Assembly: GCA_964016885.1 (NCBI GenBank)
Contig: OZ024743.1
Location: 266,538,001 to 266,602,000, forward strand
From: Eledone cirrhosa
Taxonomy: Eukaryota
Direction: 5' to 3'
DNA length: 64,000 nucleotides
The position numbers and the translations under genes were made by a program. Position 1 is the stretch's first letter, and every line of letters starts with the position of its first letter. The notes beneath the pieces are model-generated. The model ran no database searches. It saw nothing but the letters and a program-made list of their open reading frames with translations, and had not been told where the DNA came from. Of the stretch, positions 45,960-59,340 are shown piece by piece.

Positions 45960-48900
45960 TACAAAACTAAAAACCTATATGAAGTTAACAATAATTTACA
46001 CGACCAACTATTAATAGATAATATCACCTCAAAATACCAAATAGCTAATATAAACACGTATCATAATATAAATAAGGAAGCTAAAGAATTAGCTGTTTCT
46101 TTAAAAATAAATAATAGGACAGAAAAACTTGCCAAACGTAATGCATATATCACACTCAGATATCATAAACCCGACTTTATTAATCGTCCTAGTTGTAGAT
46201 TAATCAACCCTGCTAAGACTGATATTGGTCTTGCCAGCAAAAATTTTTTTTAAGTAATATAAATACACGCATTAGAAGTAAGTCTAAATTACTCCAATGG
46301 ATAAATAGCTCTTCCGTAGTACATTGGTTTAATAAAATTAAAAACAAAAATAATTCTAGATTCACCCAATTTGACATTGTAGATTTCTACCCATCTATCA
46401 CTCAAACTCTTTTAGCGAAAGCTTTAAATTTTGCTAGAAAGTTTACCAATATCTCTGATATTGAAGAGAATGTCATCTTGCACGCTAGAAACACTCTACT
46501 CTTTACTGATAATGACACTTAGGTAAAAATATCTAACCCAGAGAGCCCATTCGATGTCTCAATGGGCTCTTATGATAGTGCTGATGTTTGTGATTTAGTC
46601 GGCCTATTCCTCCTACACACACTTAAAGAAAAATCCCTAACCACATTTTTGGGCTTTATCGCGACGATGGTGTAATACTTTCCCATACCACCATAGGCCA
46701 TAACTTAGATAGATTAAGGAAAGACTTAATAAAAACCTTTGCTAGTTTTAATCTTAAAATTACTATTGACACTAACCTTTCCAATGTAAATTTCCTAGAT
46801 ATAAACCTAGATTTGCCTACTGCTTCTTATAAACCATACCATAAACCTAATGATAACTTAAAATATATAAATAAAGGCTCTTGCCATCCTCCCAAAGTTT
46901 TTAAAAACCTTATCCGTAATATTAGCCGTAGGATCTCCACCCTCTCTTCCTCAGAAGCTATTCTCAATAAGGCATACCCCTACTATAATAAAGCCCTCCA
47001 AAATAGCGGTTTTAGCGAATACATACCCAACTATACTAACTCTATTAAACATACAAACAGGAAAAGAAAAATAATCTGGTTCACACCCCCTACTCTCTAG
47101 CAGTTAAAACTAATGTAGGCAAAAAATTCCTAGAGCTCTTAGATAAACATTTCCCTAGAACACATAGATACTATAAGATCTTTAATAGAAACTGTGTCAA
47201 AATTAGCTACTCCTGCCGTCCCCCTATTAAATCCTATATCATCAACAAAAAATCACCTAGCGAACATCAAAATTGCTCCTGTAGAATAAAAAGTGAATGC
47301 CCATTACAAGGTAAATGCAACACCAAAGCCATTGTATATGCGGTTAAAGTGACAACCATCAGCAACAACCAACCAGCCACCAGTGAACGATATATGGGTA
47401 TGACGCAAGACAAATTCAAAACGCGTTATTACTCACATGTCGCATCCTTTCGACATCCAGAAAAAAGATTTACAACAGCTCTGGCTAGAAGAATATGGGA
47501 TTTGAAAGACCAAGGTATCCAATATAAATTGGATTGGTCAATTTTGAACCAATCTAAAGAATATGCAAGAGGAACAAGAAAATGCACGCTCTGCATAAAT
47601 GAAAAATATTGGATTTTGCAAAACCTTAAATCACCAAAGACCTGCATAAACACAAAGACAGAAATTTTCACCAGTTGCCCACACATGAAATCACACCTGC
47701 TTTCCAACTCATATAAACTTAACACACTTTCAGATACTTATCCTCCATAAGCTCTTATTATTCTCTTTTAGACTACCTTTTCTGATTTACTTTCATTTTT
47801 AACCTTATTATTAATTTCATTTTTATTTTTATTTTTACTTCCCATCCACCACAACACCCCCCTTTATTCTCCGATTCACTTACCTAATATCTTCACTTTC
47901 CACTTTTTACTTCCCTATTTTCTTCACTACCTGATTACACAGTTCACGTGCGTTTTCCATTCCAGATATTTTCTGTTATTTCGCAGCCAATTTTATATTT
48001 TTATATTTGTACTCACTTATTCACAAGGCTGTTTTTACACCCTGTATCTATGTGTCTGAGCGTCTTTATGTGTGTATACTTTCTGTATATGTACACGAAC
48101 GCCTCCGTATGTGCGCGCGCGTGCGTGTATATATATATGTGTATGTGTGTGTGTTTTTATATCTGTGTTTTTACATCTATGTTTTTTTACATTCCTATTT
48201 TTATGTATGTGCATGTAAGCGGGTCAACGTGCGTGAGTGTATGTATGTGTGTGTGTGTGTGTGTGTGTACGTACTGAATGTATGGATGTGTAAGTGTGCG
48301 TATGTATATATGTATGTATATATTTATCTGTGTGTATGTGTGTGTGTGTATACAGTCGCGTACGTACGCGTGATTAGATATACATGGGGCGAGGTGTATG
48401 TATATATATATATGTGCATCCTGTGTGTGTATGTATACTTGCATACGCTTTTGTCTGCACGTTTTGCGTGTATATATATATTTTTTATAGATATATGTGT
48501 GTATGTATGCGTGTACCTTGTTTGTTTTCTTTACTTTGCAATTTTTCTTTCTAAATTATTGTTCCATTTTTATAAATATATCGAGAATGATAATTTATTT
48601 TTACTATTACACTCCCCTACCTCTTTTTCTACCGCATATAAGTGTACGCGCGTGTGTGTGTGTTTATACGCGTGCCTTCATATTCTTATAATGTATCTAA
48701 TACCCTATTTTTCTGCATACCTGTCAACCGGACACTTATATCATGTCTGTGTCTGTAGTTATATATACACAGATATACTTACCCTCATACATATATTTAC
48801 GCACACATTTTCACTATACACACACATTTGTACATACATACATATGTACATCTGTGAGTGTATATACATACATATACACACACCTAACTATAATTCTTTA

Positions 48901-49185
48901 AAAATGTTTATATATTTTATATGTCTATTGTATTACCTTTATCTATATTTATATAATTTTTTCTGCATTTCTTGAGGAGACTTTCAAAATATTTAGTTAT
49001 GTTTTATATTGCCTCGTCCGACGAACGAATGAAAACGTTTCTTTCGTATTCGCTTTATTCGGGAAACCTCTGGTAATGAGGTATTTATATTGTATTGTTT
49101 TTTATACATTAAATTTTGCTCTGGTACTTACATAGAGCACTCTTCACTCCTATGACTTTTTCTGTTTTCAACGGAAACTTCAATA
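45960..49185 (+). mobile_element. Penelope-like element (same family as 34270-38400), coding ~45960-47750, frameshifted
   Basis: [70 protein letters not shown]...RYYSH, CTLCINEKYWIL. Confidence 0.92.
49011..49082 (+). ncRNA. Hammerhead motif at the PLE 3' end (core CCGACGA)
   Basis: gcctcgt-CCGACGA-acgaat...attcgg-GAAA-cc tct gg-TA-atgaggt. Confidence 0.75.
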
Positions 49186-49189
49186 CTTA

Positions 49190-49252
<63 letters not shown>

Positions 49253-49254
49253 AA

Positions 49255-49656
49255 ATATGATAATAAGGGCGCTGCGGAGTTGCACATGGGTTACATATGA
49301 AAAAAGTTTGTCCTTCATCAGTGATCTTCCAACTATCATAGGCATTTCATCGCTTTAAAGACCATATACCTCCGGTTGGTGCGAGCAACGGCTAATAAAA
49401 GTCGTTGGGACACGTAAATAAAGGGGACGCGAGGGTAAACAAACAAAATGGTGAGGCAACAGAAAGTGAGGAAGAAGGAGACAAGTCCTAGATTTCTATG
49501 AATTTAAGTTCGGTTAAATCGTGAACGAGAGAATAAAGACCATCAAACCTGGTTGAAATGTGAGCAAGGAAGGAATTTCGCACAGGTCTAACGGGAGGAA
49601 GAAGGGGTCTGGTCTGCGAATTCGGTAAACATAAGTTCTGTGAAATCGTAGACGAG

Positions 49657-49660
<4 letters not shown>
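49255..49660 (-). mobile_element. Non-coding pLTR-like fragment related to 55070-55490
   Basis: Shared tatat(g/t)gtctttaaagcg(a/t)tgaaat followed ~20 nt later by CTGATGA in both copies. Confidence 0.5.
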
Positions 49661-49691
<31 letters not shown>

Positions 49692-49697
49692 TATATA

Positions 49698-50316
49698 ATA
49701 ACTAGAAATTGATTAACATATAAATAAACATGAATAATCACAGGAGATAATTTTTACAAGTGTGCAACCACACATAGCTAGGTAGGTAACTAAATAAAGT
49801 TTACCAGAACTTCAAAAATAGATACTTTATAATATGATTAATCTTCCCTGTATATATTCCATTAAAGAAATATATTTCACCAATTAATCGAATGGTAAAC
49901 CACGGAAGCGGAAACTTGGATTTTCAACAAGGAAGAAGTTCCAGCGATCAGTGTTTACACTTCAAGTTCAAATCAGCGACTGGCTAGCAACACGTGTTAT
50001 ATCTACTAGAAATACACACATCATACTAGCTTCGTCCCAGTGGCGTGAATAGGGTTATCGACAACTAGAAACAGCAGTCGAGTCCTTTCGACAGAGTTAG
50101 CTCTACAATTAAGGAGCCGTATTTATATATCTATATCCAAAATTAAGATAAATGAAATGAATTTAATCTAAATCAAAATTATGGGTGTCATGCCAGAAAA
50201 ACATGCGCCATATCACCCGCAAAATAAGCTCTAAGATTCTAACGAGTAGGTCCGAGCATTTTATAATAACTAGAAATTGATTAACATATAAATAAACATG
50301 TGATTATTCATGTTTA
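49698..50316. mobile_element. Family Q non-coding unit (568 bp) with terminal redundancy and short fold-back end
   Basis: ataactagaaattgattaacatataaataaacatg at 49698 and 50266, then inverted tgtgattattcatgtttat. Confidence 0.7.
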
Positions 50317-50340
50317 TCGACCCCGTAAGGAGCATTCAGA

Positions 50341-50476
50341 AATAATTGTTTCTACTTTAGGCACAAGGCCAGCAATTCACCAGTGCATTACTGGTACTTT
50401 ATTTTATCGACCCCGTAAGGATGAAAGGCAAAGTCAACCTCGGCGGGATTTGAACTCAGATCGTAAAGGGACGTAA
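50341..50476 (-). mobile_element. SINE, 5'-truncated
   Basis: Reverse complement of the SINE B box, core and gtagaaacaattatt tail. Confidence 0.9.
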
Positions 50477-51243
50477 ATAATGATATTTGTTTATTGAAAA
50501 AAAAACCAACAAAGATGTAATATAATAGGTATGTTTGGGAACAGGTTTTGAATTGACCAATAGAAACGTAGTAAGTGGTCAAGTTGATAGAATAGCGGTA
50601 GTAGAAATTTAATTTAGGTGTAGAAGAATGCAGACTTAAGTTTTGAATGGAAAGAGTACTTTGAATGAAAAGAATACTTTGGGGATGAAAAGAGGTCAAG
50701 CCGGTGAAAGGTACACGAAAATTTGATGTTATTAAAGAATAATGCTAATGTTAAAATCGAAGGAGAATAAAATTTTAGGTTAAAGGTGTTAGTGAGAAAT
50801 ACCAATCTTATTTGAAACACAAGGAATTTATTTAATAGGATATCCTTAGATTTCATTATTTCAAAATGTTCCTGGGAACATAATCTACACTCATATCAGT
50901 TATTTTGATAAGGGGGTGACCCTTTTGAGTACACTCCAGGTCAAGTTGTAATTGATATTCTTTTTTCTATAATTATTAATTGTTTCAGCCAAGGATGTTG
51001 TATTAGTTAATGCGGCATTTTTAAACCGGCTTGACCTCTTTTCATCCCCAAAGTATTCTTTTCAATCAAAGTATTATTTCCATTCAAAACTTAAGTCTGC
51101 ATTCCTCTACTCCTAAATTAAATTTCTACTACGACTATTCTATCAACTTGACCACTTACTACTTTTCTATTGGTCAATTCAAAACCTGTTCCCAAACAAA
51201 CCTATTATATTAAATCTTTGTTGGTTTTTTTCAATAAACAAAT

Positions 51244-51431
51244 GGTGGATTGGCAGTATCGGTAGAGAGTCAGACGCCATGCTTTCCAGCATAGTTACGT
51301 CCCTCTATGGTCTGAGTTCAAATCACGCCGAGGTTAACTTTGCCTTTCATCCTTACGGGGGTCGATAAAATAAAGTACCAGTAATGCACTGGGTAATTAC
51401 TGGCCTTGTGCCAAAAGTAGAAACAATTATT
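51244..51431 (+). mobile_element. SINE, full length
   Basis: ggtggattggcagtatcggtagag...gagttcaaatc...gtagaaacaattatt. Confidence 0.9.
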
Positions 51432-51610
51432 TCTGAAGACAGCATATATATGTGAAGGTATGTATATTTCCTCTGATAGTTTGTAAAATGTTTACATAGA
51501 TCTATATGATATACATACTAACACACATATATATCCTAGAAACGGTCTTAAAATGATGAATTTTTTAATATAAGGAACTTGTTCTTTGTTTTTATTCATT
51601 GTTTTTATTA

Positions 51611-51649
<39 letters not shown>

Positions 51650-51651
<2 letters not shown>

Positions 51652-53470
51652 TGATTCCCACCACAGTGCCATTTATATTAGACGCAGTCAGACTTATTCT
51701 GGAAAATAAAACATTCTTCTTCAATGGAAAGAATTACATCCAAATTAGAGGCACAGCGATGGGAAAGAAGTTTTCTCCCGTTTACGCGAACTCTGTAACG
51801 GGATACATAGAACAATAACTCCACCAAAAAATAGAGGAAAAATATAGCACTGATTTAGAAAGTACATTGAAAAGTCTTGGAAGAGATACCTTGACGACTG
51901 TTTCATCATCTGGACAGAATCCGTAGATGCTCTGGATGAGTTCAATATCCTCCTGAATAACCTACACCCATCTCTCCATTTTACAAAAGAGATGAGTAAT
52001 ACCAAATTACCATACCTAGATATAAAAAACGACGCTCACCACCATTACCAAGGATATATACTATAAACACACAGACACCCATCAATATCTGAATTTTAAG
52101 TCGTGCCATCCACCTCATACAAAACGCAACATTCCATACTGCCTAGCCAGAAGAATTTGTACCATTGTAGAAGATTCGAATACCAGGAACAAACGCCTAA
52201 CAGAACTGAGAGAATCTTTGCTCAAACAAAAATACCCATCTCATGGCATACAGGGGACTATAAAAATACCTATACAACAACTTAGGACAACCCAAGGAAG
52301 AAGAAACCAAGAACTGGTCATACCATTCATAATGACACACAACCCATGTCACCAGAATATCTCCAACACCGCAAAAGCAAACTTACCAATCATTGCTCAA
52401 AGTAATGAATTAAAAGGTTCAATCACAGACCGAGCTTTGATTCTTAGTAAAAGACAGCCGGAAATTTTGAAGCAATTACTAACAAAGGTAAAGTTTGACC
52501 TTAACAACAAAGACCAATCGTTCACTGTATCTAAATGCAATCATAGTCGATGGGGCACATGTCAGTTCATACATACTGGTCAATATATGAACTAAAAAAC
52601 TGGAAAAATATTCCCAAATTACAAATATGAACTGCAAAAGCAGAAATCTAATTTACTGCATTAAATGCCCGTATTGTGAAGAACTATATGTCGGTCAAAC
52701 TGTAAATGTATTATTGGAACGTGCACGGGTGCACCGACAGCAAATCAGAGACCCAAATGTCCGTCAGATACCCCTGACTAACGATCTAGCAACATGTGGT
52801 CAGAAAATATTAATAATATTTCCAATCTACAAACTACACAGCCCAAGTGAAATAAGAGAAAAATTAAAGAAAAGAATGTTATTGATAAATTCCAACCCAA
52901 GCTAAATGAACAATAATAACGCTTAGGGGTATTACTTCTACTATGACTACGCCTACGACCATGTCGACTACCACCACTAACAACAACAACAATAATAATA
53001 AAAAAAAGTGATGTTGTGGTTGATGATTACTGAAGATTTTTTATAAAAACCCTAGAAAACGCTATTTTCATCATTTCTAAAAATAGTAAAACAATTGATG
53101 CTTTGGATAGGGTCAAATAGAAGTCGTTAGACATGCTCAACCAACCGTGACGCCTAAACCTATCAGCTTTAGTAATCTAGTGAAACCACACACTGATTGG
53201 TCGAAATACAGTTTGCAAAACATAGCATTCTGTAACCCCTTTTTACTGTATATAAGGCACAGATTTTAGCCATCTCATTACAGTTGAAAATTGCAAACTT
53301 GACTGTCACCACTGAATATGAACCTGAAGATTGCGAAAGCATGAAATGACTTGTTCAATTAATATTTAACATTTAATATTCTACCATAATATTTCATTAT
53401 AATATCATTATAATTTTAAAGGATTGTAAATAAAACGAATAAATCAGAGACAGTTGGAATTCCTTTTATT
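51650..53470 (+). mobile_element. Penelope-like element (Neptune-like), 5'-truncated, degenerate, with terminal repeat
   Basis: YIQIRGTAMG, WKRYLDDCFIIW, TDTHQYL, CNHSRWGTC, CKSRNLIYCIKCPYCEELYVGQT...ERARVH; ATTGG and TATATAA upstream of the HHR. Confidence 0.9.
53319..53357 (+). ncRNA. Minimal hammerhead in the PLE terminal repeat
   Basis: tgaac-CTGAAGA-t-tgc gaaa gca-t-GAAA-tgac-TT-gttca. Confidence 0.7.
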
Positions 53471-53482
53471 AATATAATCTTC

Positions 53483-54137
53483 TATACAGTCACATACCGT
53501 AATTATATCTTATGGCTGCGCTTTCTAGCAGCAAGCCTACCCACCGTAAGCAACGAATCACACGCTTTCTCTCTGGCTGGTACACAGCTACATAGCGATT
53601 TTAGCCATTTTTGAATTTAAATTTGGCGCGGTCGGTTTGAGAAACTTAATGTCTGATTTTGAGTTTATCTCCTGATGAAACCTAACTCTGGGATTCAATA
53701 TTATTTGGATGTCCTAAATAAGGAAGAAACCATGGTAGAGATATAATTACGGTATGTGCGCATTTCTTCTAAGTTTAATTTTACTACTAATTATGTGTGG
53801 TTGATAGTATATTTGATCGGATTCTGCATGCTGCCGAAATGTTTGATAAATAGTGGAACGAAGCCGCCGCGAAGAGGCTACGATTAATTGCTTGTCAGAG
53901 ATTTCCCCGTAAGAAAATTTATTCTTAAAGCTTGCTAGATTTGATTTTGTATATGGTTAATTATGCTGATTAGAAGAAGAAATAGTATATATTTTAATAT
54001 CTGATTGATTCTATAGACATAATTTATAATATAATGCTCTGGTCTTTTGATTTTAATTTATTAATTCTTCATTGAGCTTAAAAGTGAACAGTTGCAACAT
54101 ATATATATCTTTAATTTAATTTTATGTATATGATAAC

Positions 54138-54140
<3 letters not shown>
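53483..54140 (+). mobile_element. Divergent family D unit with short inverted 5' segment
   Basis: cacataccgtaattatatc is inverted relative to ~53740-53758; ggctgcgctttctagca shared with D copies. Confidence 0.75.
53667..53742 (+). ncRNA. Type I hammerhead with long stem II insertion and palindromic stem III
   Basis: atctc-CTGATGA-...-GAAA-CCATGG-TA-gagat. Confidence 0.8.
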
Positions 54141-54202
<62 letters not shown>

Positions 54203-54319
54203 TCTGAGTCTCTTACATTTCATATATACATGACACATACATATATATATATAATATATATATGTATATATATATATAGAGAGAGATAGATAAATAGATA
54301 GATAGATAGATATTATATA

Positions 54320-54365
<46 letters not shown>

Positions 54366-54406
54366 CGAAACATAAGTCAATTGCATGAACTCATAATCCT
54401 TTATTT

Positions 54407-54464
54407 ACTGCTATATATATATTTCGCTGATAGCCATTGAATGGCTATGACCTCATCAGGCAGT
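54407..54464 (-). ncRNA. Type I hammerhead ribozyme with (TA) palindromic stem III
   Basis: Reverse complement: actgc-CTGATGA-ggtc atagccat tca atggctat cagc-GAAA-tatatata-TA-gcagt. Confidence 0.88.
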
Positions 54465-54760
54465 TAATCAGTTCTTAGATATGCCAGCTCTGTGTTTATA
54501 GTGTTGATTGTATCAGAGCCTCGGGACATATATATATATATATATAATATATATATATATTATGCATATATATGTGTCTGTCATGTATATATGAAATGTA
54601 AGAGACTCAGTCGAAAAAGTAACCGAAAGTAAATGATAGCTTAGAAAATCCGGTAATATTCCCAATTTTCTAAGATGTTATTTTTGCGACTGAGATTCTT
54701 AAATTTTCTCTGAAATTCAGAATTCCTTAACCCTTTGAAAGTCCGATTTTCTACACACAC

Positions 54761-54799
<39 letters not shown>

Positions 54800-54803
54800 A
54801 TAT

Positions 54804-54869
<66 letters not shown>

Positions 54870-54870
<1 letters not shown>

Positions 54871-55062
54871 TCACGTGTTCCATCTGGGTTAACCACAGTA
54901 AGTAAGGTTCTCAATATATTACTCGCATCTAATGCGAGAAAACCACAAAGCCACAATCTCAATTTTACTCTTGAAAAGTTATAAGAACTGTGAAACCAGT
55001 AAATGAAACAAATAAATATTCTTAAAAAGACTCCAGTTGCATTTTCGATTTCTTTTCCTTAT
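54870..55062 (+). mobile_element. Divergent family A copy retaining the 5' half of a decayed HHR with ~100 nt stem II insertion
   Basis: gttccat-ctgggttaa-ccacagt...ctcgcatctaatgcgag...actgt-GAAACCAGTA-aatgaaac. Confidence 0.65.
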
Positions 55063-56382
55063 ATATATATCTCACTTTCACTCACGCTCTCTCCACCAGC
55101 CACCTTATTGGTTCCCTCACTTGACCCTCTAGCGGTTCTTTTCTCACTGACACTCGCTGGGATCAGAAGGGTTCTTTTTCATTCGTCCACACGCTCTAGA
55201 ACTTATGTTCAGCACCGATATGGGCTTGGAATTTCTTTCTTGAAGTTGCTCGCACATTCTTCGGTTTCTTGTTTTTTTTCGCTGTTTTTCTCTTTTCTTC
55301 CCATTACTCTCTTTTCCTTTCTATTTTCCTTCCCTCTCTCCTCCGTTTTCAAAATAACTTACATAGTTATTGAACGCTCTGGGGGTAGATATATTGTCTT
55401 TAAAGCGTTGAAATATCCGAGATCTCCAGTACACAACTGATGAGGAAAGCCACCACCCTCCTGTTCTTGCTTTCTTCTTATTTCTAAGCCTATATATATA
55501 TATATATATATATATACGTTTTATATATATATATATGCTAACCTATATATTTGTGTTTGTGTATGTAGGCGTGCGTGTGCAAGTATGTGTGTGTATATAA
55601 TGTTGATTATTCCAATGTCTTTCCTTGTCATATTATGTGGCTCTGATCCTGCCTACGTGTTGCATTAAAATAAACGGGTCTGAAAAATAATCCGTCAATT
55701 ATATGTTCATTTCAAAAGTAGAAAATGATCACTTCACTAGTTCCAATAATTGATGGCACATCGTTGTGACCGAGTGAGAATCTATGATACGTTAAATTAC
55801 AGACAAGTACACAATCAGAGTTTTAGAATAGATATAGAAATGACTTCTACCGGACTAGATCTGTTTCATTCGTATGAAATCATCATTCATAAAGACGTCA
55901 TTTCTATATGAAATAAAGATGCCTATACTGTATTGAGTACATTGTTTTGTGTGGTTACTCCCGACACAACGCGGGAATCGACATACACACACGCCTATAT
56001 ATATATATATGTGTGTGTGTTTGTGTATATATATATATTCGTATATGTAATCGTATATGTTTGGTAGCTGAGGGAAAAGAGTACTCAATACGGAAGAAGA
56101 GTTTAAATATTCATTTTATTAAGGCTAAATCGTGAATTTTGTTACTCTGGAGTTTGACCTGTTTATCACAGAGTCAACAGACAGGAACTAAACATTCAGT
56201 AGTAGACACGGTATCTGCTATTAAAGATTTTGTTCTTGTCTGATAACCCTGTGACAGGCTGGCGAAACTCCAGAATAACAATATTAACAATTTAGTCTTA
56301 ACAAAATCAAAACACACACACACATACACACATATATACACGCATACACACATATATACACACATACACACAAACACACAAA

Positions 56383-56415
<33 letters not shown>

Positions 56416-56501
56416 CATATATATGTGTGTGTGTATATGAATATATATATGTATACATATATACATATATATATATATACATACACACACACACACGCGC
56501 G

Positions 56502-56631
<130 letters not shown>

Positions 56632-56761
56632 TATACATATTTTCATATATATATTTATTATAAGAGCAGATTAAAGTTTAAGCAAAGAATCGCTTAAACT
56701 TTAATCTGCTCTTATAATAAATATTTGCTCTACGGGTTTATATATATATTATATATATATA

Positions 56762-57722
56762 CTAGCAGAATGGCCAGGCGTTGCTCGGGATTTGCTCTAG
56801 GGTTCTTATATATTTGATATATATTTATCCTTATCGAGCCTCGTGAAATAAATACGTTTGTTTATATTTTGTTATTGTGTATGCACACATATCTGTACAC
56901 GAATATATAATTATATATTTATATATTAAAATAACAGATTAAAGTTTAAGCAAAGAATCACTGCTTTCACACTTAACGGAATCTTCTGAAACTAAAAAAA
57001 TCAATCTGTGAACGCAGAAAATGAATCGCTGCTTTCACCCTTAACGGAATCTTCTACCTAAAAGCAGTATGAGGTACACTAAGACTAACTGATGTAATCG
57101 TTGGCCTTGTTTGTTTATATTTTGTTTTCGTGTATGCAAAAATATCTGTCAGTGATGCATGTTATTATGTAATCGCCAGCCTTGTTTGTTTATATTTTGT
57201 TTTTGTGTATGCAAAAATATCTGTACACGAATATCTATATTAAAATAATATATTAATGTTTATGCAAAGAATCGCTGCCTTCAACCTTAACGGAATCTTC
57301 TGAAACTAAAAAAAATCAATCTGTGAACGCAGATGTAAATATTTCGAAAAACGTTGCAACCGATGGAAAACAGGAAGACGATACTTTGGCTCGTGAAGAC
57401 GCTCCCTGGTATAAGAATATATATATACACACACACACTATATATATATACATATATACACACACATACTGATCGCGTCTTAATGTCGTAATGCAGACAG
57501 CCAGGCATACAGACAGATATTATGAAGGCGCGACATCATATCTATGTATCTATCTAAAAAGAGAAAGACTAAGAGAGAGAATAATTTGAAATCTTTTTTT
57601 GCTCAAAAGCCTTCCGGGGCCATACGGGTTACATGTGTAAAGTTTGAAAAGAAACGGTTGGGTACTTCTCGAGTTTTAGGGAAACAGACACACAGACAGA
57701 CATCCTCTGTTTTATATATATA
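56762..57722 (-). mobile_element. Non-autonomous Helitron carrying family E fragments, inserted into a family E copy
   Basis: Reverse complement 3' end cccgagcaacgcctggccattctgCTAG|t; 5' end taaaacagaggatgtctgtctg matches 7633; E sequence at 56654-56745 continues at 57725-57778. Confidence 0.82.
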
Positions 57723-57789
57723 TCGGTAATGCTTATCGAGCCCTCTTCTTATTTAGCTTCACGTTTATTATTACTATATATATATATAT

Positions 57790-59039
57790 ATATATTGTTA
57801 TACTTTGGGAGGGTCATGTTGCCAATAAGAAACACACGCACCAGTTGCGTTCACTTCAATTTATTATATATTTATAAATTTATAAATTTACAAATTTACA
57901 AACTTATAAATTTCTGGTTGGTTGGTTGGTTCCACAACCAGATAGTTGTTTATATATAGTCATAGTCCTTTCGTCACACATTCTGTGACCTCTTCAGTGA
58001 CTGGGGATTCCTTTCTTTGTTTCTGTGCCTTTCCTTTCTTCTATCCTACGCCATTTTGTTTCTGTGTGTGTGTTGTGTGCTCAGTTTGCGCATGCGCCAC
58101 ATCCGGGTGTCTGTGTTCATTTATCTATTTGTTTATGTATTTATTTATTTATTGTTGGTTGGTTGTTTGTTCTATGTGTGTGTGTGTTTTCATTTTGTCC
58201 TGTGTGTGTTTTCATTTTGTCCTTAATTGTAAGTTGTGATGTTGCTGTTCCACTCATATTTTCTATTTAATTTTGGTTTTAATTCTTTTATGCTTACTGC
58301 CTCTGTGATTTGCCTAAACATTGCGTCTTTTCTGTGTGTGGATTCTATTTTTATTTCTATGTTCTCTAATCTACCCCTGTGTTCTATCTTAGCATGTTGG
58401 TAGAGCACAGATGATTCTTTATTATCTTGGAGGTCTCGCCAGTGTTCATTTATTCGTTCCCCTATACTACGAGCTGTCTCACCTATGTACACTATATGTT
58501 TGTTTCTACATTGTCCTTCAGTACATCTTATGCTATACACTACATTTCTAGTTTTACAGTTAATATGGGGGCTTATTTTACAGGTTATACATTTCTTATC
58601 TATACATGAGGGTCTTTGGAACGGGTATGTCTTGCTAATAAGTGTTTTTACGGAGGTACCTGGTCTTTCTACTATCTTAATATTGAGATTATGTTTATTT
58701 AGGGCCCTTCTAAATTTGTAGGCTAGTTCGCCTCTAGGGGTTGTATTGATGAACATTCATTTTCATCAATACAACCCCTAGGTTGTATTGAAGAGGTCCC
58801 AGAGTGTGTGACGAAAGGACTATGACTATATATAAACAACTATCTGGTTGTGGAACCAACCAACCAACCAGAAATTTGTAAATTTGTAAATTTATAAATT
58901 TATAAATATATAATAAATTGAAGTGAAAGCAACTGGTGCGTGTGTTTCTTATTGGCAACATGACCCTCCCAAAGTATAACAATATCGGTTTCAACACACG
59001 ATTTCAGATAAAGAATCTTGCTAAACAAATTCAGAAACG

Positions 59040-59040
<1 letters not shown>
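57790..59040 (-). mobile_element. PLE 3' end (Naiad-like zinc knuckle + intact GIY-YIG, ORF 58223-58756) with inverted terminal-repeat segment
   Basis: FINTTPRGELA...IKIVERPG, CIDKKCITC...CKTRNVVYSIRC...YIGETARSIGERINEH...EAVSI...LNRKYEW; 58789-58982 inverted relative to 57796-57996. Confidence 0.9.
57958..58002 (-). ncRNA. Minimal type I hammerhead ribozyme
   Basis: Reverse complement: agtca-CTGAAGA-g-gtcaca gaatg tgtgac-GAAA-ggac-TA-tgact. Confidence 0.88.
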
Positions 59041-59098
<58 letters not shown>

Positions 59099-59253
59099 CA
59101 TACAGGGGGTGTAACTAGGTGTTACTGCAGGTTCACCCGTGAGAGCACTCGTTGTTTAGGTTCACTTCTGTGATGAGGTGTAGAGCTATACAGAGTGTAA
59201 TATATTGAAAGGATAACAGGACGATTGATTATTCCTTCATTGCATTTATTGAT

Positions 59254-59340
59254 AGGTGACGCGCGTTTCGCTACTCATCAGCTCAAGGTTCGATCTATAT
59301 CGATCCTACCCGACTCAATAATCGGCAGCTCGACGGACCC
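59254..59340 (-). ncRNA. Hammerhead-like motif at the PLE 3' end with two alternative 5' cores
   Basis: Reverse complement: gggt-CCGTCGA-gctgc...CTGATGA-gtagc-GAAA-cgcgcg-TC-acct. Confidence 0.65.

Larger units (their letters stand above)
50340..51437 (-). mobile_element. PLE 3' fragment with inverted terminal duplication; each arm ends in a SINE
   Basis: Spacer 50705-51025 (minus) gives TSLAETINNYRKKNINYNLTWSVLK and CRLCSQEHFEIMKSKDILLNK; arms 50340-50704 and 51027-51437. Confidence 0.8.

Noticed and set aside
56140-56280. CTGATAA...GGC-GAAAC motif in an imperfect inverted repeat
   Set aside because: Core mutated and no stem III/stem I closure found; probably another decayed fold-back fragment
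58223-58756. Selenoprotein-type Naiad element
   Set aside because: All visible cysteines are standard codons with no in-frame TGA; no SECIS recognised
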